Source of the DNA: Nitrospira sp.
GTDB lineage: Bacteria; Nitrospirota; Nitrospiria; Nitrospirales; Nitrospiraceae
Assembly: GCA_023248215.1 (NCBI GenBank)
Contig: JAHFEW010000008.1
Span: 723-64,722 of the forward strand
DNA: 64,000 nucleotides
Direction of reading: 5' to 3'
Below, in pieces: positions 16,378 through 26,429 of this stretch (position 1 is its first letter; the number at the start of each line of letters is the position of its first letter). The notes beneath the pieces are model-generated. The model ran no database searches. It saw only the letters and a program-made list of their open reading frames with translations, and had not been told where the DNA came from. A program made the translations under genes and the position numbers.

Positions 16378-16677
16378 CTAACACTCTTTGAGGTAGGCCT
16401 GGAAGGTTTCCTTCGTCGCCGCGAGGCTGTCGCCGCCGACGATCGGCAGGCCGATGGATTTCCCAATCGTAGCCCCTTTGCGGGTCATGCAGGCACACTG
16501 AGCCCAGTCTTCTTCCACGCGCATACGGCCGCCCGGCTTATAGCCATTCGGCTGGGAGACCCACTCGTGGTTGACTCTGTCTGCAGTGAGAGAAAGCCCG
16601 GAAGGAGCGCCTTCTAAGACGGCGAGGAGACACGTTCCGCGGGATTCGCCCCCATTGAGATAGCGTACCATCGTCAA
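16378..16677 (-). pseudogene. Chorismate synthase N-terminal fragment (99 aa), degenerate
   Basis: VRYLNGGESRGTCLLAVLEGAPSGLSLTADRVNHEW..GGRMRVEEDWAQCACM..GATIGKSIGLPI aligns with the AroC N-terminus (R-LTAGESHG...EG.PAG..L......L.RR..G.GRG.RM..E.D...I.SGV..G.T.G.PI). Conserved residues are changed (ESHG to ESRG, SGV to ACM), and about 270 aa of a normal AroC are missing. Confidence 0.6.
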
Positions 16678-16712
16678 TGGAGGCGATTATTAGCTTGTCG
16701 CGCTAGGACCTG

Positions 16713-18707
16713 TCAAGTTGTGGATCGGACAATCGTCGGCGTCAGGAATATCAACAGTTCCTGCTTGGAGACATTCTCGGTCTTGTTCTTGAACAACCAT
16801 CCCAAGACCGGGATACGTGACAGATACGGAATACCCGCCACGTTGTTCGATTGGGTATCGACGAAGACACCGCCGATGACCATCGTCTCCCCGTCGCGCA
16901 CCAATACCTGCGTCGTGGCCTCACGGCGGTCGATGCTCGGACCGGCTGGGTTACTCCGTGCACCGACGGCATTTCTGGTGGCTCGCACTTTCATGAGAAT
17001 CTGCTTGCCGATTTCCTTCGGATCGCGCGAGGTAATCTGCGGAGTCACGTTCAGCTCCAAGTTCGCATCCACGAAAGTGGTCTGCGTTCCCTGTAAGGAG
17101 GTGGTCTGAAACGGGATGGATTCTCCTTGCGCAATCTTGGCATCCCGTTTATCCAACGTAGTGATCTTCGGCGCCGCGATGACCTTGGTTAACCCAAGCA
17201 ATTCACCGGCTGACAGCCGCACGTCCAACATCGCGCCATCGGTTTTCCCGATCGAAAATCCGGCACCTGGCACAGATGGCAATCCAGGGTTGGCGGGCAA
17301 GTTGATCAGAAAGTCCGACACCTGAGCACCGAATGCACCCGTAGTCCCGGTCTTGAAGGCAGACGTTCCGCTCGAGCTTCCCAACTGGTTGACGTTTTGA
17401 ATTCCCCACTGGACACCGAGCGAACGCGTATAGGTCGTATCCGCTTGGACGATGCGTGCCTCGATCTGCACCTGCGGCACCTCGAGATCCACGCCATCGA
17501 GCAACTGCCGCAGCACTTCCAGCTTGGACTCGGTATCGCTAATGATGAGGGCATTGCTTGCCGCACTGACCGTCATGGTCCCGCGCGGGCTCAAGTTTTG
17601 CCGCAGCGAGGTCTGTACTTCCAGAGCGTTGAGATTGCGGATGTAGAACACGCGAGTGACGATCGGTTCGGCCTTGGCTTTGGAGTCTTTGGCGCGCGCC
17701 TCTTCGTCTTGCTGCTTGGCAATATTTTGTAGGGTATCAACCCACACGATATTTCCCTGCCGGATCATGCCGAGAGCATTCATCTTCAGGAGCATTTCGA
17801 GCGCCTGATCCCAGGGTACACTCGCCAGCTTCATGGTGACCTTGTTTTTGACACCCTCGCCGACCACAATGTTGAACCCGCTGACCTCGGCGATCAACCG
17901 CAGCACGTTGCTGATATCGGCTTGTTGGAAATCGAGTGAAATACGCCGGCCGACAAACCGTGACGGTCCGTTCACCACCTCATTATTGTCCGGCTTCTTT
18001 TCTTCTTTCTGAAACGACTCAGCCGTCAGCTGGATGGGTTGAATATGCAACAACGCCTTGGGCGACTTGTGGGCGACCAGCATCAGATGAGCCGCAGATC
18101 GCCGTCCGTCCGACGACACACCGCCCTCCGCCTGTGCCTCGGACGATGGCGTCAAACCCATGTCCGCAGTCGTCGGGTCATTTAGGGCGACAACCGGCTT
18201 GGGCTCCAGCATGAGGATCAAGCGACCGTCGGTCGAATCGATAGTGTGCTCGACGGACTTCGTCAAATCGAGCACCAAGCGCACTTTATCCGGATGGTAC
18301 CCAAACCGAACTCGCGACAGCAGGGGGTGGTTGACTATCAATTGCGACTGGTGACCATCCGACTGAATATGCGGCATATCGAGAACCATCCGACGATCCC
18401 CTATCATCTTCACCGTATGGGAGAGCACGCCGTTGCCCGTCAGGACCAACGCCATCCGACTCCCTTCCGGCTTGGCTTCGACCTTCATCAGCACCGTCGC
18501 CGCAGGACTAGCCACCGCCGCGCGCTCTGTGTCGAGTGCGGCCGCCGCCAATGGGACCGCGGCGCCTTGGTCGACGGCCTGTGTGAATCCAGGCAGTCCG
18601 GTCCTCTCGCCTGGCGCGGCAGCCTGCCCATACCCGGCAAACCCCAACAACCCGGCGATCACAGTTACAGTCAGCAGCGGGTGAACACCAACCTGTGTTT
18701 GTTTCAT
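16713..18707 (-). CDS. pilQ: Type IV pilus secretin PilQ (AMIN domain plus secretin)
   Basis: 664 aa. Signal peptide, then an AMIN-like N-terminal domain. The C-terminal secretin domain reads (VIGGVFVDTQSNNVAGIPYLSRIPVLGWLFKNKTENVSKQELLIFLTP). Confidence 0.9.
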   Translation of the reverse strand: MKQTQVGVHPLLTVTVIAGLLGFAGYGQAAAPGERTGLPGFTQAVDQGAAVPLAAAALDTERAAVASPAATVLMKVEAKPEGSRMALVLTGNGVLSHTVKMIGDRRMVLDMPHIQSDGHQSQLIVNHPLLSRVRFGYHPDKVRLVLDLTKSVEHTIDSTDGRLILMLEPKPVVALNDPTTADMGLTPSSEAQAEGGVSSDGRRSAAHLMLVAHKSPKALLHIQPIQLTAESFQKEEKKPDNNEVVNGPSRFVGRRISLDFQQADISNVLRLIAEVSGFNIVVGEGVKNKVTMKLASVPWDQALEMLLKMNALGMIRQGNIVWVDTLQNIAKQQDEEARAKDSKAKAEPIVTRVFYIRNLNALEVQTSLRQNLSPRGTMTVSAASNALIISDTESKLEVLRQLLDGVDLEVPQVQIEARIVQADTTYTRSLGVQWGIQNVNQLGSSSGTSAFKTGTTGAFGAQVSDFLINLPANPGLPSVPGAGFSIGKTDGAMLDVRLSAGELLGLTKVIAAPKITTLDKRDAKIAQGESIPFQTTSLQGTQTTFVDANLELNVTPQITSRDPKEIGKQILMKVRATRNAVGARSNPAGPSIDRREATTQVLVRDGETMVIGGVFVDTQSNNVAGIPYLSRIPVLGWLFKNKTENVSKQELLIFLTPTIVRSTT

Positions 18708-19363
18708 TCTGTGCCCTCTTTCGGATGCAGGAGCTTGACATATTCCCGCTCCTGCTTGTTCCCATACACGTCCGTGAACCGCTCTTGAACGATGATGCCT
18801 CGTTCGGTGATTGAACTGACCACACCATTGTTGGGCCCGATCCGTGTTCCGCGGCGAATACTGTACCCTTTGCCGTCCGGCGTCTGGACCATAGCCGTGT
18901 AACCGTAATTTCCCCAGAGCACACCGATCAAACTCAGTTCCGTGAGGCCGACACGCTGCAGCGGGGGAAGACTGGAATCGGACTCTACCTGCTGGCCAGG
19001 CTGGAACATTGGCAAGAAGGGATCACGACGACCGGATGGATCGTACGATGCCCCTGAAAATTCCAGCGACAACGAATCCCCCGGCTGGGAAATCGCAGTT
19101 TCAACCGGGGGGGCCGGCGATTCGGCAGCCGGCACCGCCTTCTGCCCATCAGGCAACGGCATCACCTTCAGGGAGTCAGCTGGGCGCATGGAAGCGACTT
19201 GGCGCAGGTGGGGAAGGTTTCTTGACTCGACAGGCAGAGCGGCCCCTCCAACCACCAGCACGAGCGCTCCAATGCTCACCGATCTCATCCACTCACTCCG
19301 CCATACTCGTATCTTCACGGTGCTTCCCCTCGCGTTGGACATGAGCCGGGCTCCATTCCTCAC
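18704..19363 (-). CDS. pilP: Type IV pilus assembly lipoprotein PilP
   Basis: The C-terminal PilP domain reads (LSLIGVLWGNYGYTAMVQTPDGKGYSIRRGTRIG). It sits between pilO and pilQ. The true start is probably internal (MRSVSIGALVL). Confidence 0.75.
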   Translation of the reverse strand: MRNGARLMSNARGSTVKIRVWRSEWMRSVSIGALVLVVGGAALPVESRNLPHLRQVASMRPADSLKVMPLPDGQKAVPAAESPAPPVETAISQPGDSLSLEFSGASYDPSGRRDPFLPMFQPGQQVESDSSLPPLQRVGLTELSLIGVLWGNYGYTAMVQTPDGKGYSIRRGTRIGPNNGVVSSITERGIIVQERFTDVYGNKQEREYVKLLHPKEGTE

Positions 19364-19983
19364 TTCGGCTTCGCCGTTGGGACCGGCGTGACGGATTTCT
19401 TCTCCTGCGGGGCGGCATAGGCCACCAGATCGAACACCGTTTGCGTAACCACGCGTCCTTGATCGACACGGGGCGCACCGATTCGCACATCTTGGACCGT
19501 GACGATGCGGGGCAACTTGCTGATCCGATCGAAAAAGATGGCCGCCGTGTGGTACCCTCCGGCTACTTCCACGTTGATCGGCATCCGGATGAATAATTTT
19601 GACGGATCCTCGGCTTGGGCACCTGGCTTCCAGAGCCGAACATCTAACCCCAGCCGGAGCCCCAGATCCGACACTTGCTTAAGCAACATGACCGCTTCCT
19701 CTTCCGGCGGGAGGCGTTCTTTCTTCGCCGCCAGTTCGATCTCCAGTTGCTTGCTCGCCGCCACGAGTTCGTCCAGATGCTTTACCTTGAGCGTCAGATT
19801 CTGAATCTCCGTATCCAGCTGGGCCACCTGCCCCTGAACTGCCACCAATTCAGCGCTCTTAGGATCGACGACATAGAAATAGAATCCGACCAGAATCGCC
19901 GCCACGAGCAATCCAAGCAGTGCAACTTTTTGACCCGTCGGAATACTGCGGAGGCTGTCTAGACTGATCGCATTCAGACTCAT
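19360..19983 (-). CDS. pilO: Type IV pilus assembly protein PilO
   Basis: 207 aa. It has one TM segment, a coiled coil and a PilO-like C-terminal domain. Its position in pilMNOPQ supports the call. Confidence 0.8.
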   Translation of the reverse strand: MSLNAISLDSLRSIPTGQKVALLGLLVAAILVGFYFYVVDPKSAELVAVQGQVAQLDTEIQNLTLKVKHLDELVAASKQLEIELAAKKERLPPEEEAVMLLKQVSDLGLRLGLDVRLWKPGAQAEDPSKLFIRMPINVEVAGGYHTAAIFFDRISKLPRIVTVQDVRIGAPRVDQGRVVTQTVFDLVAYAAPQEKKSVTPVPTAKPK

Positions 19984-19984
19984 G

Positions 19985-20539
19985 TTAGCCTTTCATCGAC
20001 AGGTCAAGTTTGAATTGATAGGTATTCATCTTGTTGTCTTGTCCGGCTCGGCTCTCCATCAACTTAATGGTCCCAAACTGATCGGTACGCCGAAGGTTGT
20101 TCACGAACTCGACTACGTCGTCGTTCGTCATGGCCCGTCCTTCAAGTTCGACGTTGTTGCCCTTGAGTGACATTTTCACGAGCCAGACCTTGAGAGGATT
20201 GAGGCTTTGGCTGACATGGTCCAGCACTTTCACCGGACCGGTTCGGCTCTTTTCCAATTCATCGATGATGCGATTCTTCGCCTCGAGCTGCTTTTTCTTC
20301 TCTTCAAAGTCTTGCACCGCCTTCACTTGCTCTTTCAGCTTGGCAACCTGTGTGTCCTTGCCCTGCTTCTCGCTCTGCTTAGCCTGGATCTCGTCATCGA
20401 GCGAGGACGCGTAGTACCAGCAACCCGTGAGTGTGATCAGGAGCACGCCGACACCAAGCAACGCCTCGGCGCGAACATCCCACTGCGGTTTAGCTTTTCT
20501 GGCCTTGGGTCCAGTTGCGAGTAAGTTGATTCTAATCAT
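19985..20539 (-). CDS. pilN: Type IV pilus assembly protein PilN
   Basis: The conserved N-terminus MIRINLL starts at the ATG at 20539. That ATG overlaps the pilM TGA as ATGA (translational coupling). The longer ORF-track N-terminus is rejected. Confidence 0.8.
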   Translation of the reverse strand: MIRINLLATGPKARKAKPQWDVRAEALLGVGVLLITLTGCWYYASSLDDEIQAKQSEKQGKDTQVAKLKEQVKAVQDFEEKKKQLEAKNRIIDELEKSRTGPVKVLDHVSQSLNPLKVWLVKMSLKGNNVELEGRAMTNDDVVEFVNNLRRTDQFGTIKLMESRAGQDNKMNTYQFKLDLSMKG

Positions 20540-21633
20540 CGATCCCCCACCGTCCGAAGTGCGAGGCCTACCCCCACCGCCGCGAGCGGCCCCATCTCCG
20601 CCAGAACATCGGGATCGACATCGCATAACGAGGTGTCGATCTCATTGAAGGGATTCGCGATGTCCACCTCAACATGCATTCGATCGCGAAGCTGTTGGGC
20701 CAGGCCCCTGACCTTGGCTCCCCCACCGCACAGCAGCACACGCGTAATCTCGCTTTCCGAAGACGTCGTCTTGAAATAATCGATCGTGCGCGCAATCTCC
20801 GAGGCCACTTCCGCGTTGACGCTCTCCATCACGGCCGCGAGCGTATGGTCGTCGTCGCGGTCGCTTTTCTTCAATTGTTCCGCTTCCTCGAAGGATACGC
20901 CCATCTCGCGCTGCACCGCTTCGGAATACCGATTTCCCCCCAAGGGGATATCGCGGGTGAAGAGGGAGACGCCCCCTCGTACGATATTCACATTCATCAC
21001 GCTGGCGCCGATGTTCACCAGTGTCGTGGTATCCTCTTGCGAGGTAGGAGCGGTCACGCCGTACATATTTTCAACCGCAAAGGCGTCGACGTCCATCACG
21101 ATGGGAATCAACCCAGCAGCCTTCACCAACTCGGTCAATTCGTTGATCTTGTCCTTTTTCGCTGCGACCAGCACGATGGACATTTCGCCCTGTTCGTCCG
21201 CATTCTCCGACGGCGGCAATACGTGAAAATCAAGATTCACCTCGTTGATGTCGAACGGAATATACTGCTCTGCCGAGAGCTTCACCTGCCCGTCGAGCTC
21301 CTCATCAGGCATGGGCGGGAGGCTGATCTTCTTGACGATGACCGCATGACCGGAAATGGAAATGGCGACCTGCTTTAATTTGACATTGTGTGCAGCCAGC
21401 AACTCCTTGATGGCCGATACGACTCGCCCTTCGTCCATCACGGTGCCGTCAACGATCACTTCCGGCTCCAATTCTTTCACACCGAACTTTTGCAAGGTAT
21501 ACCGGCCCCGATGTTCCTTGATCTGAACCAGCTTGATGCTGCTGGAGCCGATATCGAGGCCCAACAGTTGCCGCTGGGGAGAAAACATCGAGAAAAAATC
21601 CATGTCACCGAGATTTTTCAGTGAAGCCAGCAT
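20536..21633 (-). CDS. pilM: Type IV pilus assembly ATPase-like protein PilM
   Basis: Actin-like fold motifs are present (LGLDIGSSSIKLVQIK...). Start candidates are GTG 21669, ATG 21639 and ATG 21633. The last has GAGAGGG 7 nt upstream. Confidence 0.9.
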   Translation of the reverse strand: MLASLKNLGDMDFFSMFSPQRQLLGLDIGSSSIKLVQIKEHRGRYTLQKFGVKELEPEVIVDGTVMDEGRVVSAIKELLAAHNVKLKQVAISISGHAVIVKKISLPPMPDEELDGQVKLSAEQYIPFDINEVNLDFHVLPPSENADEQGEMSIVLVAAKKDKINELTELVKAAGLIPIVMDVDAFAVENMYGVTAPTSQEDTTTLVNIGASVMNVNIVRGGVSLFTRDIPLGGNRYSEAVQREMGVSFEEAEQLKKSDRDDDHTLAAVMESVNAEVASEIARTIDYFKTTSSESEITRVLLCGGGAKVRGLAQQLRDRMHVEVDIANPFNEIDTSLCDVDPDVLAEMGPLAAVGVGLALRTVGDR

Positions 21634-21646
21634 GCTCATGCCCTCT

Positions 21647-21871
21647 CTACGCAACCTCTTTTCGACCACCCATCACGTGTCTGATCTGCTCGACATTCTC
21701 GGCGGTATACAGACGCCAGTTCCGCCAATCGCGCGGCGGCCCGGTGATCAACCCTTCTCGTTCCCAACGAAACAAGGTGGCGCGCGAGATATCAAACATC
21801 TCACAGACCTCGTTGGTCTTGTACAATTTCTTCTTGGAAACATCGCTGACTTTCTTCACGCACCGCCTCAA
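21647..21871 (-). CDS. Small MerR/excisionase-type helix-turn-helix protein
   Basis: 74 aa. LYKTNEVCEMFDISRATLFRWEREGLI is a typical HTH_17/MerR-like DNA-binding segment. It lies directly upstream of pilM on the same strand. Confidence 0.6.
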   Translation of the reverse strand: MRRCVKKVSDVSKKKLYKTNEVCEMFDISRATLFRWEREGLITGPPRDWRNWRLYTAENVEQIRHVMGGRKEVA

Positions 21872-21910
21872 ACGCCGCTATGAATCGAATAATTCGAGCT
21901 CACAGAAGTA

Positions 21911-21938
21911 AGTATAGTTGATATAGTCCACCTGTCAA
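21911..21938 (-). promoter_or_regulatory. Sigma-70-type promoter candidate for the HTH-pilMNOPQ operon
   Basis: The minus strand reads TTGACA-N16-TATACT, about 40 nt upstream of the HTH gene start. Confidence 0.45.
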
Positions 21939-21993
21939 GAAAGCGGACGATGCGAATTGGAGTGGGGAGAAACGCCAAAACGGCGCGCGAATA

Positions 21994-22875
21994 CTAGGAT
22001 TTTTGCAGGTCTCGGTGGGTTACGGATACATCGTAACCGAGGGCGGCGAATCGCTCCCGGAGGCGCAAGGCCATCGTCACAGACCGATGACGTCCCCCGG
22101 TACAACCGATGCCGATACTGAGGTAGCTCCGCTGCTCTCGCTCGAACAACGGAATCAGAAAGGCAAACAACCCCTGCAAATGTTCAAGAAACTGGCCGGC
22201 AGTCGGATCCCCGAATACATACTGCTGAACCCGGGCATCCTCGCCAGTCAAGGCTTTCAGCTCCGGCACAAAGAAGGGGTTTCGGATAAAACGGACATCG
22301 AAGAGAAGGTCGATGTCATAGGGCACTCCAAACTTATACCCAAACGTGACCAGAGAGATAGTCATGCGGCGAGCGGCGGTATCTTGACGAAATTGCCTGA
22401 TCAGCAGATCACGCAACTCATGCACGGTGATGCTGGACGTATCGATAACTCGATCGGCGTGCTTCCGTAGTTCGCGGAGACGCTCCCGCTCGAACCGCAC
22501 CCCCTCCACCACTGGCATGTCTGGCAACAACGGGTGCGGGCGGCGGCTTTCTGAAAACCGGCGAACCAGGACTTCTTCTCGCGCTTCCAAAAATACGAGT
22601 TGCAGGGCATGTCCCTGCGCCTTCAACTCGCCCAATACCTTCGCCAAGTCTCCAAAAAACACCCGTTCGCGAATATCGATTCCAAGGGCGACATTCTTAA
22701 TCTCACCCCCTTGCTGATGGCACAATTCGACGAAGGTTGGAAGGAGGGCCGGGGGAAGATTGTCGACGCAGAAATACCCCGCGTCTTCGAAGGCCTTCAA
22801 GGCATGGCTCTTTCCGGATCCGGAAAGACCGCTGATGACGACAAGATTAAGCGCGGCCATGGGAAGCGCGAGCAC
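21994..22875 (-). CDS. rapZ: RNase adapter / nucleotide-binding protein RapZ (YhbJ)
   Basis: 293 aa. LVVISGLSGSGKSHALKAFEDAGYFCVDNLP and the C-terminal GCTGGRHRSV motif are present. Confidence 0.9.
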   Translation of the reverse strand: MLALPMAALNLVVISGLSGSGKSHALKAFEDAGYFCVDNLPPALLPTFVELCHQQGGEIKNVALGIDIRERVFFGDLAKVLGELKAQGHALQLVFLEAREEVLVRRFSESRRPHPLLPDMPVVEGVRFERERLRELRKHADRVIDTSSITVHELRDLLIRQFRQDTAARRMTISLVTFGYKFGVPYDIDLLFDVRFIRNPFFVPELKALTGEDARVQQYVFGDPTAGQFLEHLQGLFAFLIPLFEREQRSYLSIGIGCTGGRHRSVTMALRLRERFAALGYDVSVTHRDLQKS

Positions 22876-23398
22876 GCTCGCGCGCAGGATCGATCAGAGA
22901 CACTTTCCCGTTGGGCAACCGCTGGAGAACCTGGACGTTCCCCGACACGGCATTCACGAACATGAGCACACTCAGCTGGGCCGCATTGAGCGCCCCCACT
23001 GCATCTTCGACGCTCATCGCCTCAAGGGTTGGATGGACAACTTCTACCTCGCTATGGTCGGGACTCGGGACCCTGCGCACCAACGCACGCACGCGCGGCT
23101 GATCGCCGAATTTGTGGTTTGCCCGCCGCTCTTTCAGTTTTCTCAATTGCGCCCCGAGCTTATCCACGACTTCATCGATCGAGGCATACATTTCTTCGGT
23201 GGACGTTTTCGCTTGAAGGCGCCGCCCCTGGACGACCCCCACGACTTCGGCCACATGGTGAAACTTTTCCAAACTGAGGAGAATTTGCAGCGTCCCAAGT
23301 TTCAGTCCGTAGCGATCGAGCCGCTCCATGCGTGTTTCGACATACTCCCGCAAGGCAGGGGTAACCGCTACATGCCGTCCCGTGATCATCAATCGCAT
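22847..23398 (-). CDS. hpf: Ribosome hibernation promoting factor, long form
   Basis: 183 aa. MRLMITGRHVAVTPALREYVETRMERL plus a C-terminal dimerisation domain. It lies downstream of rpoN. Confidence 0.9.
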   Translation of the reverse strand: MRLMITGRHVAVTPALREYVETRMERLDRYGLKLGTLQILLSLEKFHHVAEVVGVVQGRRLQAKTSTEEMYASIDEVVDKLGAQLRKLKERRANHKFGDQPRVRALVRRVPSPDHSEVEVVHPTLEAMSVEDAVGALNAAQLSVLMFVNAVSGNVQVLQRLPNGKVSLIDPARERARASHGRA

Positions 23399-23502
23399 GC
23401 CATCCTCGTTTCTCGGGCTCCCAACACCACCATGCGTTCGAGCCCGTTGCGACGATTGTTGTTCTCCCGCACAGCCTTCCCCATGACGTTGGACTTAGAC
23501 AC

Positions 23503-25020
23503 CTAAAAGAACCGCTTTCGTTGCGTCGCAGAGGGAATATGGTCCTCCGCGCGATATTTCGCCACTGTTCGGCGGGCAATCAAGACTTGTTGAGTCCGAA
23601 GCCGCGCGGCAATTTCTTCGTCCTTTAATGGCTTGCGTGTATCTTCGGCAGCCACCATCTTCCGAATCATTTCGCGCACCGTGAGGGACGACAGCATATC
23701 GAGCGGCTGATCAGCTCGCTGGAGGCCCGCATTGAAGAAAAACTTCAACTCCAACATGCCCTGCGGACAATACATGTATTTGTTGGCCGTCACTCGGCTG
23801 ATGGTCGATTCATGCATGCCGATATCTTCAGCCACCTGCTTGAGTACCAACGGCTTCAAATATTGGATGCCGCGTTCGAAAAATCCCTCCTGAAACTTCA
23901 CAATGCTCGACACGACTTTAACAATCGTCTTGTTGCGCTGCTCAATGCTCCGGATCACCCACTGGGCCGCACGCAGTTTGTCATCCAAATAAGCCTTGGT
24001 CTCCGCTGTCCCTGACTGCCCAGACGACATCAGCTGCTTGTAATAGGGGCTGATGCGCATGCGCGGCAGCCCGTCATCATTGAGCAAGACTTCCCACTCA
24101 CCTTCGTTTTTGACGACGAAGACATCCGGCACGATCGCATAATTCTGCGTATTCGAGAAGGGGCGTCCAGGCTTCGGCTCCAGCCCTTCGATGATTCGGG
24201 TCGCCTGAAACACATCCTCCATCGAAATATTTAAGGCCTTGGCTATTCGGCTGTATTGCTTCTTTTCCAGATCCTTCAAGTGGTGAAGCACGATGCCTTC
24301 CAGCACCGACCCCTTCAGCACCCCGGGGCGGGACCCTAACGAGCCGATCTGGCTCCGGCCCAAGAATTTGAGTTGGAGAAGAAGGCATTCTGGCAGGTCT
24401 CTCGCCGCCACTCCGTTTGGATCGAATCCTTGAACGTCCTTCAGGACCGACTCAGCCTCTGCCACTGAATAGGCCGTTCCCGACACCAGCTCCTCCAAGG
24501 TCATCCGAAGATAACCGTCGTCATCAAGATTGCCGATAATGAGACGCCCGATGGCTTTTTCCCGGTCCGAGAGGCCCGACAAGGACAGCTGCCAGACCAG
24601 ATGGTCTTCCAACGAGGTGAACTTTGCGACCGTTTGTTCATAGGAGGGGAACTCCTCCTTCGACGAGGAGCTGTACTCCGTCTCGCCGCGACGCATATCC
24701 GTATCAAAATAGTCTTCCCAACTCGATGCCGAGAACTCTTCGGCATTTTCTCCACTCTCGGCCGGCTTATCGTCGCCTTCGCTGCGCGTGTCACTAGACA
24801 CGGCGGTCGGCGTCTCCGACTGTTCACGATCGGTTGCCGCCGCTTCTTCGTTCTCTTCAGTCTCCGTCACCAATTCATCCAATAACGGATTTTCCATGAG
24901 ATGCTGCTGCAGACTCTGCTGAAGCTCTAACCGCGACAATTGCAACAGTTTGATCGCCTGCTGCAACTGCGGCGTCATGATGAGTTTTTGGCTGAGTCTG
25001 AGATCCAGTCGCAGCTTCAT
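23503..25020 (-). CDS. rpoN: RNA polymerase sigma-54 factor
   Basis: 505 aa. N-terminal Gln/Leu-rich region (LSQKLIMTPQLQQAIKLLQLS), an acidic region, and the C-terminal RpoN box (ARRTVAKYR). Confidence 0.95.
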   Translation of the reverse strand: MKLRLDLRLSQKLIMTPQLQQAIKLLQLSRLELQQSLQQHLMENPLLDELVTETEENEEAAATDREQSETPTAVSSDTRSEGDDKPAESGENAEEFSASSWEDYFDTDMRRGETEYSSSSKEEFPSYEQTVAKFTSLEDHLVWQLSLSGLSDREKAIGRLIIGNLDDDGYLRMTLEELVSGTAYSVAEAESVLKDVQGFDPNGVAARDLPECLLLQLKFLGRSQIGSLGSRPGVLKGSVLEGIVLHHLKDLEKKQYSRIAKALNISMEDVFQATRIIEGLEPKPGRPFSNTQNYAIVPDVFVVKNEGEWEVLLNDDGLPRMRISPYYKQLMSSGQSGTAETKAYLDDKLRAAQWVIRSIEQRNKTIVKVVSSIVKFQEGFFERGIQYLKPLVLKQVAEDIGMHESTISRVTANKYMYCPQGMLELKFFFNAGLQRADQPLDMLSSLTVREMIRKMVAAEDTRKPLKDEEIAARLRTQQVLIARRTVAKYRAEDHIPSATQRKRFF

Positions 25021-25041
25021 CGCACACTCGCTCCCTGCTTG

Positions 25042-25827
25042 CTAGAGGCGGAATCCTTCGCCTAGATACACGGCCCTCGCCATTTCACTTTTTTCAATCA
25101 CCCCTGGTGGACCCGCTTCCAAGATCGATCCTTCATTGATGATATAGGCACGATCGGTGATTGAGAGCGTCTCCCGGACATTGTGATCGGTGATCAACAC
25201 TCCGATGTGCCGCTGCTTCAAACGAATGATGATCTGTTGAATATCGGCCACCGCAATGGGATCGATGCCAGCGAAGGGTTCATCGAGCAACATAAACAAG
25301 GGACTAGTGGCCAGCGCGCGGGTGATCTCCAGACGCCGACGCTCCCCCCCCGACAAAGCATAGGCCTTACTCTTGCGAATATGCACCAGATCAAGTTCCT
25401 TCAGCAATGTTTCAACGCGCTCCATCCGCTCACTTCTCGAATAGCCCAGCATCTCCAGAATCGCAAGGATATTGTGTTCCACCGACAGACGACGAAAGAC
25501 CGACGATTCCTGAGGCAAATAGCCGATGCCACGACGAGCCCGCTTATACATCGGCAGATCGGTAATGTCATGGCCGCTCAAGGTAATGTGCCCCTCCTCG
25601 GGCTGGCAGAGCCCCACCATCATGTCGAAGATCGTCGTTTTCCCCGCCCCGTTCGGCCCCAGCAACCCGACCACTTCGCCGGCCCTCACGTCAAGCGAGA
25701 CGCCCTTCACCACCTTGCGGCTCCGGAAGCTCTTCCCCAAACCGATTGCCGCTAGACGGTCCGCCACATCCGGTTGGGTAGAACCGGTGACAAGACGTGC
25801 CTGGGCTTGGGAGGGCGTCTCAATCAC
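25042..25827 (-). CDS. lptB: LPS export ABC transporter ATP-binding protein LptB
   Basis: Walker [10 protein letters not shown], signature [10 protein letters not shown] and Walker B LLDEPFAG are present. It sits in the lptCAB-rpoN context. Confidence 0.9.
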   Translation of the reverse strand: MIETPSQAQARLVTGSTQPDVADRLAAIGLGKSFRSRKVVKGVSLDVRAGEVVGLLGPNGAGKTTIFDMMVGLCQPEEGHITLSGHDITDLPMYKRARRGIGYLPQESSVFRRLSVEHNILAILEMLGYSRSERMERVETLLKELDLVHIRKSKAYALSGGERRRLEITRALATSPLFMLLDEPFAGIDPIAVADIQQIIIRLKQRHIGVLITDHNVRETLSITDRAYIINEGSILEAGPPGVIEKSEMARAVYLGEGFRL

Positions 25828-26429
25828 TGCTTGCCCCCGCCTTCGCCCTCGATGATCACCTGAGAGTCGCCCTCCACAACACTCCGATCTTCTTCTAAGA
25901 ACATGATGATGCGCTTTCCGGATACGCGTGTCCCCTTTTGCCAGGCAACTGGATCACCCATGAGGATGATTTTCTTCTCCTCTTCGTAGTATACGGCCTT
26001 GCGGCACGTGGCACGGCCATCCTCTTTCTCAATTTTCACTCGGCCGGTGGCTTCCACCATGCGAATACTGCGATCGGAGACCGTGGGCACTGCATCGCGC
26101 CCCTGTGGGACCTGTTTATTCGTACCAGGACCATTTGGGGACTTGGTCGCGCCCGCAGGACTCTTACTGTCGGCACCATTGCGACTGGGATGGAACGATA
26201 CCACCATATGGTCGGAATACACCACCAACGGACCACGCGTTAACACGACTGATCCGTCAAAGATCGCTGTATTCTCCTGATTGCTGACGGTCATGGTTCG
26301 AGATGTAATCGTGGTTGAGACATGGCCGGCGCTCGGCTCTTTCGGCACGCGTGTTTCCGAAGCATGCGCCCCAGGAACGACCAGCCACGCCCCGGCACTA
26401 AGAAGCAGGAACCACATCCACACGAACAT
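25824..26429 (-). CDS. lptA: LPS transport periplasmic protein LptA (OstA-like)
   Basis: Signal peptide [23 protein letters not shown] followed by OstA-like repeats. The ORF-track start at 26585 lies deep inside lptC, so the ATG at 26429 is preferred. Confidence 0.75.
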   Translation of the reverse strand: MFVWMWFLLLSAGAWLVVPGAHASETRVPKEPSAGHVSTTITSRTMTVSNQENTAIFDGSVVLTRGPLVVYSDHMVVSFHPSRNGADSKSPAGATKSPNGPGTNKQVPQGRDAVPTVSDRSIRMVEATGRVKIEKEDGRATCRKAVYYEEEKKIILMGDPVAWQKGTRVSGKRIIMFLEEDRSVVEGDSQVIIEGEGGGKQ

